Assembly: GCA_963850465.1 (NCBI GenBank)
Contig: CAWKLN010000004.1
Span: 39,735 to 103,734 of the forward strand
Direction of reading: 5' to 3'
DNA length: 64,000 bases
Origin: an uncultured delta proteobacterium
GTDB taxonomy: Bacteria; Desulfobacterota; Desulfobacteria; Desulfobacterales; UBA5852
Part shown: positions 62,102-64,000 of the stretch, piece after piece
Position numbering within the stretch: the stretch's first letter is position 1
Layout of the letters: each line of letters opens with the position of its first letter
Translations under genes and position numbers: made by a program
Notes under the pieces: generated by a model
Told to the model about the DNA's origin: nothing
What the model saw: the letters and a program-made list of their open reading frames with translations, nothing else
Databases searched by the model: none

Positions 62102-62887
62102 TCAGTCCCAGCGGTAGGCTGCCAGCGAAAGCACACCATAGGCAAACTGACGGAACAGGCAAATCCCGGCAGGGGTTTCTGCGGCAGCTCCGGCCGCCAC
62201 CAGAAGCGGCAGGAAATGTTCGGCCGGATAGGGGTGGTTGCGATCTGCTTCGGGGGCTTGGCGGCGATAGTCGACCAATTGCTCGATGGCTCCGGCCGCG
62301 ACCGTGTCTGCCAGCCATTTATCAAAGTCCGCGGCATAGTCGGCCGGAGCAGCATCAATCGGGTTCCCGGTCATCCCTGAAAGATCGTGGGTGGCGCCGC
62401 CGCTGCCGATGATCAATATTTTCTGATCCCTCAGCGGGGCCAGGGCTTGCCCCAGCGCCACGTGGTACTCCGGCGGTTCCGCCGTTTGCAAGGACATCTG
62501 AATAACAGGGACGTCGGCGTGGGGGACCATGCTGCGCAAAGGCACCCAGACACCGTGATCCAGGCCGCGATCTTCAAGGGGTGCGGCATCGTAGCCGGCC
62601 CGCTGCAGCCTATTCAGCACTTGCTGCGCCAGACCCGGGTCGCCGGGGGCCGGGTAACGGATATCGTAGAGTGCCCGCGGAAAACCTGAAAAATCATGTA
62701 TGGTTTCAGGATAACGATCAGTGGTCACCAGGGGGCGGGTTGCTTCGAGGTGGGCCGAGATGCAGAGGATGGCCCGCGGGCATTCCATGTCGCGCCCCAG
62801 CGTCTGCCAGAAGGCCCCGGTCCGACCTGGGTTCAAAGCGATGTTGGGCATACCGTGGGAAATGAATAAAACGGGGCAGCGCGCCAT
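62102..62887 (-). CDS. ygiD: 4,5-DOPA dioxygenase extradiol-like (YgiD, class III extradiol dioxygenase)
   Basis: PVLFISHGMPNIAL...AILCISAHLE...PETIHDFSGFPRALYDIRYPAPGDPGLA is collinear with E. coli YgiD. Confidence 0.8.
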   Translation of the reverse strand: MARCPVLFISHGMPNIALNPGRTGAFWQTLGRDMECPRAILCISAHLEATRPLVTTDRYPETIHDFSGFPRALYDIRYPAPGDPGLAQQVLNRLQRAGYDAAPLEDRGLDHGVWVPLRSMVPHADVPVIQMSLQTAEPPEYHVALGQALAPLRDQKILIIGSGGATHDLSGMTGNPIDAAPADYAADFDKWLADTVAAGAIEQLVDYRRQAPEADRNHPYPAEHFLPLLVAAGAAAETPAGICLFRQFAYGVLSLAAYRWD

Positions 62888-62931
62888 GGTGCTCTCTTTT
62901 GGGCCATTCACATCGGATTCCGGTTTTGTCT

Positions 62932-63315
62932 TCAATCCAGAACGTGACGATCCAGAACGAAACAGGTCAGCTGGCCTTCCAGCAAGGGTTCCTCATCTCT
63001 GGAGACCACCACATCGACCAGGTGTTTGCGGCCCTTTACTTCGCTGACACGGGCTTCGGCCGAAACCTGATCGCCGACGGACACCGGCTTGAGGAATTTG
63101 ATGGCGGCTGCGCCCAGCACGACATTGGGATCGTTGACCGCCAGCATGGCGGCATAATCAGCCAGGCCGAAAACAAACCCCCCGTGCACGAGTCCTTTGC
63201 CATCGGCAGCCATGCGGGTGATGGCTGTGAATGACACGCGGCAGAATCCCGGCCGCAGTTCGACCGGCTGACCGCATAGTTCCTGATCGATCAAATGATG
63301 GGTTCGAATATCCAT
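62932..63315 (-). CDS. PaaI-type hotdog-fold thioesterase
   Basis: ...GLVHGGFVFGLADYAAMLAV... is the hotdog thioesterase core. Its stop overlaps the upstream end of the ygiD ORF region. Confidence 0.7.
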   Translation of the reverse strand: MDIRTHHLIDQELCGQPVELRPGFCRVSFTAITRMAADGKGLVHGGFVFGLADYAAMLAVNDPNVVLGAAAIKFLKPVSVGDQVSAEARVSEVKGRKHLVDVVVSRDEEPLLEGQLTCFVLDRHVLD

Positions 63316-63454
63316 GGGGTCCTCAATTACGGCGAAAGGTTGACGAAAAGCCGGGTGCCGGTGGGATTGATCGTCGGAAGGCACGCGACCGGTCGTGAAA
63401 TCCAATCGGGAGAAACCTGAACGACTTTTTCACACAGGGGCCATGTGTGCCCCG

Positions 63455-63949
63455 TTATACCTTGGCCTGTTTGAATCGTCCGGGTACGGCGCCACACACC
63501 GGGCAGTTCTCGGGAATGGCATCCACTGCGACATAGCCGCAGACCTGGCAGACGTAGAATTCATGACCGGCGGTATCGATGTCGGGGTTTCCCAGGACGG
63601 CGGCATGATTGTGGCTGACTTTTTCGAATTGTTCAAAAGCCGCCTCGGCGGAGCGATCGCCGGCCGTTGCCGCTGTCCGCCGGCTGGCAGGGTATCCATG
63701 GGCGGCATCCGCTTCTTTCTGCTGTCGAAGCAATTCCAGGTGGCGGTCCGCCTGACCGATTTTGCCGCGCAGATAGATCAGGGCCCGTCGGGCGCTGATC
63801 TGCTCGCCGGTCGCCATGGCGGTCATGAGCTTGGCCAGTTGAAGGTGGCCGTCTTTCTTGGCTTTGGCGGCGTAAAGGCGGTTGCGGGCGGCCGAGGCGG
63901 ATTCGGCCGCCATGGCCAGTTTCATGCGGCTATCCAATTCGTTCGGCAT
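63455..63949 (-). CDS. Rubrerythrin-family protein (ferritin-like bundle plus C-terminal rubredoxin-type CxxC...CxxC)
   Basis: The C-terminus is FYVCQVCGYVAVDAIPENCPVCGA. The helical N-terminal part has only partial ExxH-type ligands. Confidence 0.6.
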   Translation of the reverse strand: MPNELDSRMKLAMAAESASAARNRLYAAKAKKDGHLQLAKLMTAMATGEQISARRALIYLRGKIGQADRHLELLRQQKEADAAHGYPASRRTAATAGDRSAEAAFEQFEKVSHNHAAVLGNPDIDTAGHEFYVCQVCGYVAVDAIPENCPVCGAVPGRFKQAKV

Positions 63950-64000
63950 GCAAGGGCTCCTGTTTAGGGTGGTCTTTGAATCGGGCCAAGTGGATTTCGT

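Overview
The window is a 64-kb chromosomal segment at roughly 58% GC. It looks like a Desulfobacterales-type deltaproteobacterium, an inference from gene content: UGA/selenocysteine use, TrpB2, DUF3786, rubrerythrin and c-di-GMP-rich signalling. I support about 60 protein genes and found no rRNA, tRNA or CRISPR array. Housekeeping anchors are the hrpB 3' end, leuB, carB, a PurF-like gene and a cytochrome bd operon. The remainder is signalling, stress and accessory genes. The main observations are these. (1) Two genes carry an in-frame TGA exactly at a conserved catalytic or ligand Cys, each followed by a SECIS-like hairpin: a peroxiredoxin-like protein (a known type) and a DUF3179 protein (I do not recall this family as a selenoprotein). 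(2) A CarH-type AdoB12 photoreceptor/repressor has the Wx9EH and ExHxxG signatures and three 11-bp direct repeats over its own, apparently leaderless, promoter. It is translationally coupled to an ADP-ribosylglycohydrolase. (3) The cydAB operon is shattered by about 13 frame changes in 2.4 kb, while flanking small ORFs stay intact. (4) Isolated frame lesions occur in three other genes: the 5' end of a CrtI-like oxidoreductase, an FNR-like reductase via an imperfect 10-nt tandem duplication, and an Hsp90-like GHKL ATPase. (5) A low-GC islet with a tyrosine-recombinase remnant lies next to the GHKL ATPase. (6) A 0.6-kb GC-rich gap without coding signal is full of stable hairpins. All family calls come from motif recognition by eye. 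No database search, folding or alignment program was run.
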